Source of the DNA: a virus
Length of the DNA: 64,000 bases
Reading direction: 5' to 3' (one strand)
IMG/VR virus record: IMGVR_UViG_3300042891_001180
Position 1 is the first letter of the stretch. Each line of letters begins with the position of its first letter. The notes under the pieces were generated by a model. That model saw nothing but the letters and a program-made list of their open reading frames with translations. It did not search any database and had not been told where the DNA came from. Shown here piece after piece: positions 1 through 9,104 of the stretch. Position numbers and translations under genes: made by a program.

Positions 1-1298
1 CAGTACCTTCTATCGGGCAGGTACAGTATGGTTTTATAGGTAGAGATAATAATGGGTGGGCAGGACCTTATGGACCGGAAATCTATAATGTTAGTTTTAG
101 TTTAAAATATTCTGTAGACCCATGTGCAACAAATGTATTCAGTAGCCCTACATGTCCCGGTTATTCAGATGCTTTGGCTAAATTAGCTCCTAAGACTACT
201 ACGACAGAAGCTACAGTATCAGCGCCACCTCCGCCACCGCCTGAAATGGTTGCAATGGCACCAGGAGCACCGCTACCTCCAGGCAGTCCTCCTCCCCCCG
301 GTAACCCTCCTCCACCTGAAGGCTCACAACCTCCACCACCTCAACAAAGCGGTCCTGCTCCAGCTGGAGCTCCCGCACCTGGACCAATGCAACAAGCATC
401 GGCTCAACAACCTGCACCAGGGGGGCAACAGGCGAAGGCTGGGGAGGTAAGTGACTCGTCAGGGTCATCTAAGACTACTGTTTCTTTATCTTCAGTTCTT
501 AGTATGATTAGTTCTAATCAAGACAAGACGTCTGCACTAGAAAAGTCTGTTGTACAATCTGCAGATGCACAAGCATTTTCTGCAGGTGAATCAGCTAAGC
601 AACAAGCTGAGAAGATTGCAGGGGATCAACAATCACAAAGTATGAGTGCGGGGGGTGGGTCAACTAGCACTTCACAGACAGCAAGTTCCCAAGCATCATT
701 TACTACAACACAAAGCTCAATGGCTTCCTTACAGGGAGGTCAGCAATCAAGTAATGCATCTAATACTGCAAGAGTACAACAATCTATTAACAACAGCGTT
801 AGTTCTCAATCAAGTACTTTAAACTTTACTGGTACAACAACTCAACAAAGTAGTTATCAAAATACAACTAGACAAGAAACTAATGTATCTGTGGCTACTC
901 CTACAGTATCTTACAGTCTGGTTACCCCTATCAGACAGACCATTCAACCTCAAGTTGAATTACCCATGCTTGAGGGTATAAAGTTTGGAGTTAAAAATGC
1001 AGTTGACTCGGCAATGGAGTCAAGACCCTTTGTACCTCAAATGAATGATAATTCTCAACAGAATGACAGTGTAAAGAAAAATGTTGCGAATAACGAATTA
1101 GCTGGTAATGTATCGATTGAGTCAATTGCAAAACAACCTGCAAATTATGCACAATATTTTGTTATGATGCCAGATGTTGCATTTTATGCACCTAAAGAAA
1201 TTTATAGAAATCAAAGAACTGTAGATAACGTCAGAGCATTAAGACAAATGAGTTCTGATAGATTACACCAACAAATGGTTGACCAACAATACAAATAA
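1..1298 (+). CDS. Pro/Ser/Gln-rich low-complexity phage protein, 5' truncated by the window
   Basis: Frame 3 is open from position 3 (VPSIGQVQYGF...DPCATNVFSSPTCPGY) into the listed ORF 174-1298; poly-Pro and S/T/Q tracts. Confidence 0.75.
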   Translation, partial: VPSIGQVQYGFIGRDNNGWAGPYGPEIYNVSFSLKYSVDPCATNVFSSPTCPGYSDALAKLAPKTTTTEATVSAPPPPPPEMVAMAPGAPLPPGSPPPPGNPPPPEGSQPPPPQQSGPAPAGAPAPGPMQQASAQQPAPGGQQAKAGEVSDSSGSSKTTVSLSSVLSMISSNQDKTSALEKSVVQSADAQAFSAGESAKQQAEKIAGDQQSQSMSAGGGSTSTSQTASSQASFTTTQSSMASLQGGQQSSNASNTARVQQSINNSVSSQSSTLNFTGTTTQQSSYQNTTRQETNVSVATPTVSYSLVTPIRQTIQPQVELPMLEGIKFGVKNAVDSAMESRPFVPQMNDNSQQNDSVKKNVANNELAGNVSIESIAKQPANYAQYFVMMPDVAFYAPKEIYRNQRTVDNVRALRQMSSDRLHQQMVDQQYK

Positions 1299-1307
1299 GG
1301 AAGTAAA

Positions 1308-1895
1308 ATGGCAGAAGAAATTAAAAACGTAAACGCTAAGATTGACGAAGCAGAAGCAGCAGTAAAGAAGTACGCTTCAAAAGATACTGTTATCAGTATT
1401 GGTGGTTATGAATTTACCCCAGCAAAATTAATGGTTGCATTTACTATTGTATCTTCTACACTTGGCGGTCTTTACGGTACTTTTGAAGTATACAAAGACT
1501 ATCAAGGTATGAAAAAGAAAATTGCCTCTTATGAAGCACCGGACCTCTCTGGATTCGATAAAAGGCTGGCTGTTATAGAAGAAAATTCTGGTAAGACGAG
1601 TGACTATACACGTGATATTAAGAATGATCTTAAAAGTGATATTCGCCGAAATGAATCTGTTACCGAACAAGTTGAACGTAGTGTAAAAACAGTACAACGT
1701 GAAACAGAATCTGAAATGAGAGAAATGCGTAAAGCAGTCAGAGAAGACTTAGAGAAAGCTCGTAACGAGGCAAATATTATTCGCAGAGAAATGGCTGATA
1801 CACGTAAAGAAATTGAACGTGAAGTCGTTCAGTTGAAGAAAGAAGTCGATACCAAGATTCAAAAAGCAGTTGATAACCCACTGGCGAACAAATAA
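1308..1895 (+). CDS. Single-TM coiled-coil protein
   Basis: AGGAAG RBS; hydrophobic LMVAFTIVSSTLGGLY followed by a long E/K/R coiled coil. Confidence 0.75.
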   Translation: MAEEIKNVNAKIDEAEAAVKKYASKDTVISIGGYEFTPAKLMVAFTIVSSTLGGLYGTFEVYKDYQGMKKKIASYEAPDLSGFDKRLAVIEENSGKTSDYTRDIKNDLKSDIRRNESVTEQVERSVKTVQRETESEMREMRKAVREDLEKARNEANIIRREMADTRKEIEREVVQLKKEVDTKIQKAVDNPLANK

Positions 1896-2035
1896 TGTTT
1901 GGAACCGCTCTAGCCCTCTACATGTACATTAAACCACCTGAATGTATCAGGTGGACATGGAGTGGGGATGTTTACAACCGAAAAGTAGTCTGTTTAGAGT
2001 GGCGTAAAAAAGACAAAGAGGAGAAGAAGAAATGA
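1895..2035 (+). CDS. Small 46-aa protein, not in the ORF track
   Basis: MFGTALALYMYIKPPECIRWTWSGDVYNRKVVCLEWRKKDKEEKKK; TAATG and ATGA overlaps with both neighbours. Confidence 0.65.
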   Translation: MFGTALALYMYIKPPECIRWTWSGDVYNRKVVCLEWRKKDKEEKKK

Positions 2036-2529
2036 TCGATCCAATGACAGCACTTGCAGGTATACAATCTGCAATTAGCATGGTTAAGAAAGCTAGTAAA
2101 GTAGCTAACGATCTGGGATCCCTTGCTCCTATGATCGGTAAAATGTTTGATGCTAAGAGCACTGCCACAAAAGCTTTAATGGAGGCTAAAAAGTCTAAGA
2201 AAGGTTCCAACATGGGAACCGCGCTTCAGATTGAAATGGCTTTAGAACAGGCTAGGGCTTTTGAAGAAGAACTAAAGATGTTGTTTATGCAGACGGGTAA
2301 AATAGACGTCTGGAATAAGATTAAAGCACGTCAAGCAGAAATGGATGCTGATGATGCCAATGATTTAAGAATGTTTAACGATCAAGAGCGTAAACGTAAA
2401 CAAAAAGAAGCAGAGCTAAATGAGTGGGCAGTAATATTAGGTGCAAGCGCATTTATTTTATTCATACTGTTTATTGGTGGTTATGAACTGCATCAGTTTT
2501 GTCAAACAGGTAATAGGTGCGGAAGATGA
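2032..2529 (+). CDS. Hypothetical protein with C-terminal TM helix
   Basis: RBS GAGGAG; WAVILGASAFILFILFIGG. Confidence 0.75.
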   Translation: MIDPMTALAGIQSAISMVKKASKVANDLGSLAPMIGKMFDAKSTATKALMEAKKSKKGSNMGTALQIEMALEQARAFEEELKMLFMQTGKIDVWNKIKARQAEMDADDANDLRMFNDQERKRKQKEAELNEWAVILGASAFILFILFIGGYELHQFCQTGNRCGR

Positions 2530-2678
2530 ATGAATACCAAAAAACATTTGATATGTGTTTAAAGATATTTGTATATGGCTGCGTAGCGTTATACTTCTTA
2601 GGGTTTCTTAAATTTCTTCCAGATGACCTGTCTGACAGATTAGTTAATGGTTTAATAGGTAGATTTTTACCTGGTTAA
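2526..2678 (+). CDS. Small 50-aa membrane protein
   Basis: MNEYQKTFDMCLKIFVYGCVALYFLGFLKFLPDD...; ATGA overlap with upstream stop. Confidence 0.6.
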   Translation: MNEYQKTFDMCLKIFVYGCVALYFLGFLKFLPDDLSDRLVNGLIGRFLPG

Positions 2679-2701
2679 TAAATATTTTAAAGGAGAAAGT
2701 T

Positions 2702-2818
2702 ATGTTAGATATTTTACTTTGGGTAGCAGTAGGTGCATTTATTGGCTGGAATTTCCCCCAACCATTCTGGGCTAAAATGATGCAAGAAAAAATTCAAGCA
2801 ATGATTGCTAAAAAATAA
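2702..2818 (+). CDS. Small 38-aa membrane protein
   Basis: AAGGAG RBS; MLDILLWVAVGAFIGWNFPQPFWAK; upstream TAATAAATA late-promoter-like site. Confidence 0.65.
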   Translation: MLDILLWVAVGAFIGWNFPQPFWAKMMQEKIQAMIAKK

Positions 2819-2827
2819 GGAGTACTT

Positions 2828-3376
2828 ATGGCTGAAGAAAAGAAACCTCTAAGTAGGAGTGAGCGTGAAGCTCAGATCAAAGACAAAGCCGGGTGGCTTA
2901 TTACCGTACTTGCTGCACTTCTGGCCATTAATACCTATATTGCTTCTGGCAATAGTTCTAAAGTATTAAACAATACTATTAAAGCAAACGATACCTGGGC
3001 TTTCTATCAGGCTAAGTCTATTAAGCAGACCCTGGCTGAAATGGCAAGAGACGATGCAGTTGAGAGAAAACAATTTGATAAAGCAGACAAATTAACTGCT
3101 AAGATTAATCGTTACGAATCTGAACCAGCTACTGGTGAAGGTAAGAAGGAATTAATGGCTAAAGCACGAGCATTAGAAGCCGAGCGCGATCAAGTTCGTA
3201 AATCTGGTCCCTGGATGACATTTGCTGGTTCAGGTTTTCAGATTTCTATCGTTCTATTATCAGCTAGTATATTAGCTGTTGCTCCTGCACTTTACGTTGC
3301 AAGTATTGTAGTTGGTGCATTGTCAGCGTTACTAATGAGTCAAGGAATATGGCTCTGGATACCAATAGTGCTGTAA
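2828..3376 (+). CDS. Membrane protein, DUF4337-like
   Basis: AAGGAG RBS; N-terminal TM, DTWAFYQAKSIK motif, two C-terminal TMs (FQISIVLLSASIL). Confidence 0.7.
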   Translation: MAEEKKPLSRSEREAQIKDKAGWLITVLAALLAINTYIASGNSSKVLNNTIKANDTWAFYQAKSIKQTLAEMARDDAVERKQFDKADKLTAKINRYESEPATGEGKKELMAKARALEAERDQVRKSGPWMTFAGSGFQISIVLLSASILAVAPALYVASIVVGALSALLMSQGIWLWIPIVL

Positions 3377-4140
3377 TGAGCTCAAAAAAGTATCGGAGCA
3401 TCTTTATCAGTGATGTTCATCTAGGTACTAATGATTGTAAAGCCAATAAACTAAATAATTTTTTAAAATATAATACCTGTGATACTTTATACCTGGTAGG
3501 TGATATAATTGACGCCTGGCGCATACAACAAAACAAATGGCGTTGGAAGCAGTCTCATACTAATGTGGTGAGACGGGTTCTAGGTCATGCCAAACGTGGG
3601 ACCAGGGTAATATATATTGCTGGTAATCATGATGAATTTTTACGACCAATGATACCTTACGGGTTCAGTTTTGGCTTGATAGAAATTCATAATCAATTCG
3701 AACATATTGGTGCAGATGGTAAACATTATCTTGTTACACATGGTGACATGTTTGATGGTATTACCAGACTTGCACCCTGGTTAGCATTTTTAGGAGATCG
3801 TGCATATGATGTGGTTTTATCGCTCAATAACAAATTCAATTGGATACGTCATCGCTTTGGCTTTGGGTATTTTAGTCTTAGTCAATATCTCAAAACAAAA
3901 GTAAAAAAAGCGGTTGACTTTATATTTCACTTTGAAAAAAACTTAGCTGGTTATTGTAAAAAGCGCGGCTACGATGGAGTAATATGTGGTCATATACATC
4001 ATGCTGAAATAAAAGAGATAGACGGTGTAGTATACATGAACGATGGTGACTGGGTAGAGTCTTGTACTGCCTTAGTTGAACACTGGGATGGGCGCTGGGA
4101 AATTATTACCTGGACTAAGGAAACAGATGAAACTATCTGA
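3376..4140 (+). CDS. Calcineurin-like metallophosphoesterase, UDP-2,3-diacylglucosamine hydrolase (LpxH)-like family
   Basis: SDVHLG, LVGDIID, GNHD, HGD, CGHIH, NDGDWVESCT motifs. Confidence 0.85.
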   Translation: MSSKKYRSIFISDVHLGTNDCKANKLNNFLKYNTCDTLYLVGDIIDAWRIQQNKWRWKQSHTNVVRRVLGHAKRGTRVIYIAGNHDEFLRPMIPYGFSFGLIEIHNQFEHIGADGKHYLVTHGDMFDGITRLAPWLAFLGDRAYDVVLSLNNKFNWIRHRFGFGYFSLSQYLKTKVKKAVDFIFHFEKNLAGYCKKRGYDGVICGHIHHAEIKEIDGVVYMNDGDWVESCTALVEHWDGRWEIITWTKETDETI

Positions 4141-4837
4141 TCAAATTACTATCGTTGTACCTTGCAAGAACGAAGAAGATTATATTCACCACTTACTAGA
4201 TTCTTTCCGTTCTCAAGATATAGGTGATACTAGAATTATAATTGCTGACTGTTCAACTGATAATACTAGACAAGTCATACAGGATAACAGTCATTCCTTA
4301 AATGTAGAAATTATTAAAGGCGGTCCTGTTTCTGAAGCTAAGAATAATGGAGCTTACCTAACTAAAACACCTTATATTTTATTCATCGATGCTGATGTTC
4401 GTTTCTTTGACAATAACGTTATTAAGGATGCTGTTAGAGAAATAATAACAAAAGACTTAGATCTTGTTGGGTTAAATATTAAATGCTACGATAATGATGT
4501 TAGAGCAGTAATTGGATTTACTCTTTTTAATATTATAAACCACACCCTAAAGTACTTCTCACCATTTGCAGTTGGTGCATTCATGCTGACTCGTAGAGAT
4601 AGGTTTGAAGAGTTTGGAGGGTTCCCTGAAAAGACTGTAACGTCTGAAGACTACTTCCTATCTCGAATGTACAGCCCTAAAAAGTTTAAAATATTAAACC
4701 ATTACTTCGGACAAGATTCACGCAGATTTAAAAAGATGGGATACTTTGGTATGGCAACATACCTTGTAAAGAATTTTATTAATCGCAATAACAAGGCGTA
4801 TTGGGATAACCTAGATTCTTCTAAATACTGGAATTAA
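4127..4837 (+). CDS. Glycosyltransferase family 2
   Basis: IVVPCKNEE, DCSTDNT, FIDAD, GGFPE, SED motifs. Confidence 0.85.
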   Translation: MKLSDQITIVVPCKNEEDYIHHLLDSFRSQDIGDTRIIIADCSTDNTRQVIQDNSHSLNVEIIKGGPVSEAKNNGAYLTKTPYILFIDADVRFFDNNVIKDAVREIITKDLDLVGLNIKCYDNDVRAVIGFTLFNIINHTLKYFSPFAVGAFMLTRRDRFEEFGGFPEKTVTSEDYFLSRMYSPKKFKILNHYFGQDSRRFKKMGYFGMATYLVKNFINRNNKAYWDNLDSSKYWN

Positions 4838-5541
4838 CTTTGTGAGACAATAAACTCGGCTTCAGGTATTCGTACCTTACCATTCTTACTTCCAAGTACA
4901 ATAACGATACGGCGTCCAACATCCGTATCTACCATCATGACAATGCAGCCACCGGCTGCATTTGTAGTTCCAGTCTTACTAACAATAAAACTATGACGCT
5001 TGCCAACGATAGGGTTGGTGTTATTGAATGATTGAGATTGCTTACCACTTTTAATAGTAAGTACGGCAGTACGACTGGCTTGAGTTATTTCTGAATAATG
5101 ACTTGCCTCAAATACCAATCTAAGTAAGTCTAAGGCAGTACTGATATTCATTGGACTTAGCCCGGTTGGCTCTACAAACTTAGTCCTCAACATCCCCAGG
5201 TAAATTGCTTTTTCGTTCATGTAGCGAATACATTCAAAACGACCGCCTGGAAAATTATCACATAACACTTTAGCAGAATTATTATCTGATTTCACTAAAG
5301 CCAGTTGAATGTGTTGCTCTCTTGTATACTTACCAAGTTTCTGTTGCATGTTTTGATTACTATCAATAACAGCCATTACGGTCATTAACTTGGTAATACT
5401 TGCAATAGAACGAACTTCGGTAATATTGTACCCCTCAATCAAGTTACCCTGATCATCAGTCTCAAGCCAACTTTGTGCCGTTATATTAACCGCAAATGCA
5501 TTACTAGCAAATAGTAATACAGCGAGTATAATCGCTCTCAT
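4834..5541 (-). CDS. Peptidase S11 (D-Ala-D-Ala carboxy/endopeptidase, PBP7-like), secreted
   Basis: Signal peptide; SITK (SxxK), SDN and KTG catalytic motifs; EPTGL. Confidence 0.88.
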   Translation of the reverse strand: MRAIILAVLLFASNAFAVNITAQSWLETDDQGNLIEGYNITEVRSIASITKLMTVMAVIDSNQNMQQKLGKYTREQHIQLALVKSDNNSAKVLCDNFPGGRFECIRYMNEKAIYLGMLRTKFVEPTGLSPMNISTALDLLRLVFEASHYSEITQASRTAVLTIKSGKQSQSFNNTNPIVGKRHSFIVSKTGTTNAAGGCIVMMVDTDVGRRIVIVLGSKNGKVRIPEAEFIVSQS

Positions 5542-5584
5542 CAGTTATACCCCAGTATAATATTATGAGGTATAATAATAAAGG

Positions 5585-5656
5585 GTGCAGGGGAAGGAGT
5601 CGCACCTACGACCTCTGGATTATGAGTCCAGCGCTCTTCTACTGAGCTACCCTGCG
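5585..5656 (-). tRNA. tRNA-Met(CAT), atypical, possibly initiator-like
   Basis: CGCAGGG-TAGCTCAG...CTGGA-CT-CAT-AA-TCCAG...GTAGG-TGCGACT-CCTTC-CCCTGCA; C1:A72 mismatch; non-canonical T loop; no encoded CCA. Confidence 0.75.
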
Positions 5657-5664
5657 TTATCGGT

Positions 5665-6399
5665 CTACAAGTTCCAGGGAAAACCGCCGGGATAAACTTC
5701 CGCTTGTTTGCTGTTCCCGTCAATGAAGAATTCGGCTTGAACTGAGCCATCGTTACCCCCTAGCCTGTAGTTAAGTGTGTATTTACCAGAGCATGCATAA
5801 TTGTCATGCTTGATATGGTCTTTTAAAATAGTATAAAATCTTCTATCTCCGCCCCACCCGTAATCCCAGATGTGACATACTTGTCGATAGAAGGATGTCT
5901 TAAAACAATATGAACTTGTATCTATTAAATAGGCATCTTTATTTACCCATGCAGGCCACCTACCTAATGACTCACAGTTATCAACTGTAATATAATTTTT
6001 ATCTTTATCAAAAATCTGTCTGAGTGAATATGCCCAGTCGAGCTTCTTACTCTCAATAGTATTTATTAAGGAGTCTATATGATCAGTTTCGAACCAATTA
6101 TCTTGATCTAAGAAGAGAACATAATCGTGATTGATAAGATGGCCAAACCCAGCCATGATTCGGTGGCCGTAAAAGCCCCCGCCACCGGTGTTAAACGGTA
6201 AATCAATTCGTTTAACTTTTCCACCTGTAATGATTCTTGCATCGTTTAATACCTCGTCTACCTTAGATGAAAACTGAACACCGTCTACAACCAGAAGATG
6301 TTCAACCTCTTTATTCGTCTGATTTAATACTGAGTGTACAGCATCAGCTAATTCTGGTGACCCTATTGTAGGTGTAATAACTAAAATACTCAATCCCAC
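5665..6399 (-). CDS. Glycosyltransferase family 2
   Basis: VITPTIG, VVDG, FLDQDN, GGDRRF motifs. Confidence 0.8.
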   Translation of the reverse strand: MGLSILVITPTIGSPELADAVHSVLNQTNKEVEHLLVVDGVQFSSKVDEVLNDARIITGGKVKRIDLPFNTGGGGFYGHRIMAGFGHLINHDYVLFLDQDNWFETDHIDSLINTIESKKLDWAYSLRQIFDKDKNYITVDNCESLGRWPAWVNKDAYLIDTSSYCFKTSFYRQVCHIWDYGWGGDRRFYTILKDHIKHDNYACSGKYTLNYRLGGNDGSVQAEFFIDGNSKQAEVYPGGFPWNL

Positions 6400-6998
6400 A
6401 ACCCCTGATAGTATTTACCGAATAAACGGAACCCGTTTGCTTTACGATCTTGATGGGCTTTAAGCCCTGGTTGATCGATTTTAATCTTATGAAGATTTTT
6501 ATTAAAGTCTTTTTCTTTCTCATCCCATTCAGCATGATCAAAGAACTTCTCTTCACTGTTAGTATCAAGGTTTTGCTCAAACGCCCAGATCATTTCATTA
6601 AGTGCCCAGTCCCATCGCTTAAAATGATTTTCATCCGTATCATAATCATTTTCTTTAGGAGGTGCAGATGTGCTCTTCAGTTCTTCAGGTACATCTTCAT
6701 CATCTACGAAGGGTGCACCGTGTTTTGTTTCCTTAAGCTGTTTAAGCATCGGAACAATAATATGAGAAAGAGTATAATCCATACTCCACGTATCCCATCG
6801 ATCTATTTTAACGTAATTAATCTTAGGATGAATGAAGTCCAGAACTTTTTGAATACCTTGACAGATAGGCGTTAGACGATCTGACCATTTATCAATGATA
6901 GGTTCATCGTATTCAATTTCACGCCAGAAGAAGACTTTTTCCAGTACCGTATATGGACTAATCCAATGGTAGCGGTATTTGCTCAAATATACCTTCAC
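6390..6998 (-). CDS. Hypothetical phage protein
   Basis: 202-aa ORF coupled to both neighbours; DTWSMDYTL, NGFRLFGKYYQGLWD. Confidence 0.7.
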   Translation of the reverse strand: MKVYLSKYRYHWISPYTVLEKVFFWREIEYDEPIIDKWSDRLTPICQGIQKVLDFIHPKINYVKIDRWDTWSMDYTLSHIIVPMLKQLKETKHGAPFVDDEDVPEELKSTSAPPKENDYDTDENHFKRWDWALNEMIWAFEQNLDTNSEEKFFDHAEWDEKEKDFNKNLHKIKIDQPGLKAHQDRKANGFRLFGKYYQGLWD

Positions 6999-7167
6999 GT
7001 CTATTCCTATCTATATTTGTTAACCTAACAGTCTCACCAACTACCTCCATATGGATACGATCGCCTTCACGCCAGTCGTCCTCCTTACAAAAGTCTTCTG
7101 GTAATTGAAGGATACCGTCTCCGGAACCATCTTCGGCATCTAATATTTCAGCAGTATAAGTTTTCAT
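6958..7167 (-). CDS. Small AbrB/MazE-like protein
   Basis: ILQLPEDFCKEDDWREGDRIHMEV resembles the swapped-hairpin consensus. Confidence 0.55.
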   Translation of the reverse strand: MKTYTAEILDAEDGSGDGILQLPEDFCKEDDWREGDRIHMEVVGETVRLTNIDRNRREGIFEQIPLPLD

Positions 7168-7171
7168 AATA

Positions 7172-7247
<76 letters not shown>

Positions 7248-7248
7248 G

Positions 7249-7560
7249 TTATTGGTTAACACAAAGCATTACTTCGTTTTTAACGATACGAGTAATAGGG
7301 TCGTATACCTGAACCAAACAATTGTATGTACTAGTTTGAGGGAACGGTTGTTGAATAATAATTGGTGGTTGTGGTGCTGGTTGGTTAGCGCGTGCAGCAT
7401 CAGTTAAGATAGCCCCAACAATTACACCACCTATAAGAGGGGCAACCCAGTTACCACCACCGTGACGATGACCGTAGTGACCGTGATGGCCATAATGACG
7501 ATATTGCGCAAAAGCACTAGCTGAGACTAAAAGTAACAATACTACGAGAAACTTTTTCAT
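7249..7560 (-). CDS. Small exported His/Gly-rich protein
   Basis: Signal peptide ending SAFA; HYGHHGHYGHRHGGG; hydrophobic WVAPLIGGVIVGAIL. Confidence 0.7.
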   Translation of the reverse strand: MKKFLVVLLLLVSASAFAQYRHYGHHGHYGHRHGGGNWVAPLIGGVIVGAILTDAARANQPAPQPPIIIQQPFPQTSTYNCLVQVYDPITRIVKNEVMLCVNQ

Positions 7561-7583
7561 AACATTCCTTAGTTAATGAGTCT

Positions 7584-7619
7584 ATTATATAGCTATCTCA
7601 CGTTACTATCAACTGTTAC
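7584..7619 (-). promoter_or_regulatory. Sigma70-type promoter with upstream GTAAC element
   Basis: GTAAC-AG-TTGATA-N17-TATAAT. Confidence 0.65.
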
Positions 7620-7822
7620 TTCTTACGTAACGCCTCTTTGCGCATAGATACTGAATGTCTCATGTGAGGTTTACGTACCTTGACATATTCTACACCATCA
7701 ATGATACGTATATCAGTATAGTCCTCACATATCCATTCCTCCGAGTTAATCGGATTTACAAGTGTTACGGGTTGAGACTTCTTTTCATTTTTCATAATAT
7801 TTTGCATTATGACGTGAAACAT
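7616..7822 (-). CDS. Hypothetical protein
   Basis: Short ORF coupled to neighbours; start codon uncertain. Confidence 0.55.
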   Translation of the reverse strand: MFHVIMQNIMKNEKKSQPVTLVNPINSEEWICEDYTDIRIIDGVEYVKVRKPHMRHSVSMRKEALRKK

Positions 7823-8103
7823 TATAGACCGGCCAGTTGAATGCCTGAACCGAAAGCTGAATTATATTGATTATAGAGTTCTTTGACAGGTTTTGCACTC
7901 CAGACAACTCTAGCCCTATCTACCTCAATAGAATGATCTTCAGTAAAAGCCGCATAAGGGAACATACCCATCATAGGTTGTTCAGGGTTTTGACGTGATG
8001 GGACCATTTGTATTGCACAAGGCTTACTTAAGGTAAGTATTTCACTACCCGTTACATCTGCAATCAACTCTTCACCTGTAATCAATTTTACAACTTTAAT
8101 CAT
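7822..8103 (-). CDS. Sm-like fold protein of T4-like phages
   Basis: KLITGEELIA N-terminus; YNSAFGSGI C-terminus. Confidence 0.65.
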   Translation of the reverse strand: MIKVVKLITGEELIADVTGSEILTLSKPCAIQMVPSRQNPEQPMMGMFPYAAFTEDHSIEVDRARVVWSAKPVKELYNQYNSAFGSGIQLAGL

Positions 8104-8276
8104 GTTACAACAATCTCTTCTATAAATTTAAAAGCACATTCTTCATTATAAAATATTTTAAAGAAATATGCAAGTGTTAACGGGTTGTGAAAAAACACTA
8201 ATATCTGGTCATCAAAAACACTGGCCTTAATGACCCAGTTTTTTCTTCTGACAGGTATTAGTGATAGTATAATCAT
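8100..8276 (-). CDS. Small 58-aa hypothetical protein
   Basis: MIILSLIPVRRKNWVIKASVFDDQILVFFHNP...; ATGA overlaps; a 27-aa ORF (8273-8356) lies just upstream. Confidence 0.55.
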   Translation of the reverse strand: MIILSLIPVRRKNWVIKASVFDDQILVFFHNPLTLAYFFKIFYNEECAFKFIEEIVVT

Positions 8277-8355
8277 GATCCTCTGAAACGATTTAAGTGT
8301 CTTTTGGCTAATGCCATTCTAGTTTCGATAATAATATTTAGTAATTTCTTTAACA

Positions 8356-8541
8356 TTATAGCATACCTCTTCTTACCAATGTTCTCGTTCTCGTCTCTAG
8401 ATCTTTATGATCTACAGAATCGCTAAGATAACTTTCTATTTCATTTTGGTAAGACGGGGTAAATGTTCTTCCCACCCATGCCCAGAAATCTGATAGTTTA
8501 GGGGCGTCGACTCCCCCTAGTGCTTCTAGTTCTTTATTCAT
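8356..8541 (-). CDS. DUF3563-like small protein
   Basis: ESYLSDSVDHKDLETRTR resembles the YLA.S.D..DLE.R.R pattern of DUF3563. Confidence 0.6.
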   Translation of the reverse strand: MNKELEALGGVDAPKLSDFWAWVGRTFTPSYQNEIESYLSDSVDHKDLETRTRTLVRRGML

Positions 8542-8566
8542 ATCTTTTCCTTGTCTTGTGAACAAT

Positions 8567-8591
8567 TTAAAAAGCCCCCGAAGGGGCCTTG
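8567..8591 (-). terminator. Intrinsic terminator after hsp20
   Basis: Minus strand GCCCC-TTCG-GGGGC-TTTT. Confidence 0.75.
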
Positions 8592-8593
8592 TC

Positions 8594-9103
8594 TTACAGA
8601 TCTCGATCTTGTGGATCTTCTGTAAGTAGTTGGGGTTTAGTTTTTTTAGGTTTAGCTTCTGAAGTATCTTTAACTTCGATCTTCTTTGGCTTTCTATGTT
8701 CAGGAATAATACGCTCTAAAAATACTTTAAGCATACCATTGAACATCTCGGCATTTTGAACTTCGATTTGATCATCGAGTGCAAAAGAGCGGGTAAATGC
8801 GCGATTGGCAATTCCCTTAAACAGGAAATTATCTTCGGCTTCGTTTGACTGAACATTGCCCTTGATTAACATCTTACCATCATTAAGTTCAATCTCAATG
8901 TCTTGTTTTGAAAAACCGGCCACAGCTACTTCAACAACGTAAGTATTATCGCCTGTCTTCTTAATGTTATAAGGGGGATAGTTAGGAATATTTTTCGTCA
9001 TATCGTCATGCATTTTAGCAAGACGGTTAAACTGATCATCAAAGCCAACAAAGAATTTATCCATGTCTTTAAAGCCAGGACCAAATGTAGTTAGTAATGT
9101 CAT
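8594..9103 (-). CDS. hsp20: Small heat shock protein (IbpA-like Hsp20)
   Basis: NYPPYNI, AVAGFS, FLFKGIANRAFTRSF, NGMLKVFLE motifs. Confidence 0.92.
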   Translation of the reverse strand: MTLLTTFGPGFKDMDKFFVGFDDQFNRLAKMHDDMTKNIPNYPPYNIKKTGDNTYVVEVAVAGFSKQDIEIELNDGKMLIKGNVQSNEAEDNFLFKGIANRAFTRSFALDDQIEVQNAEMFNGMLKVFLERIIPEHRKPKKIEVKDTSEAKPKKTKPQLLTEDPQDRDL

Positions 9104-9104
9104 A

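Noticed and set aside
220-425. C-rich repeat as a non-coding tandem repeat
   Set aside because: Explained by poly-proline codons in the first CDS
3376-4140. Assigning the symbol lpxH
   Set aside because: It has GNHD, not the GNRD of true LpxH; the substrate is uncertain
5541-5750. 69-aa minus-strand ORF
   Set aside because: It runs through the tRNA at 5585-5656 and the end of the GT2 gene; shadow ORF
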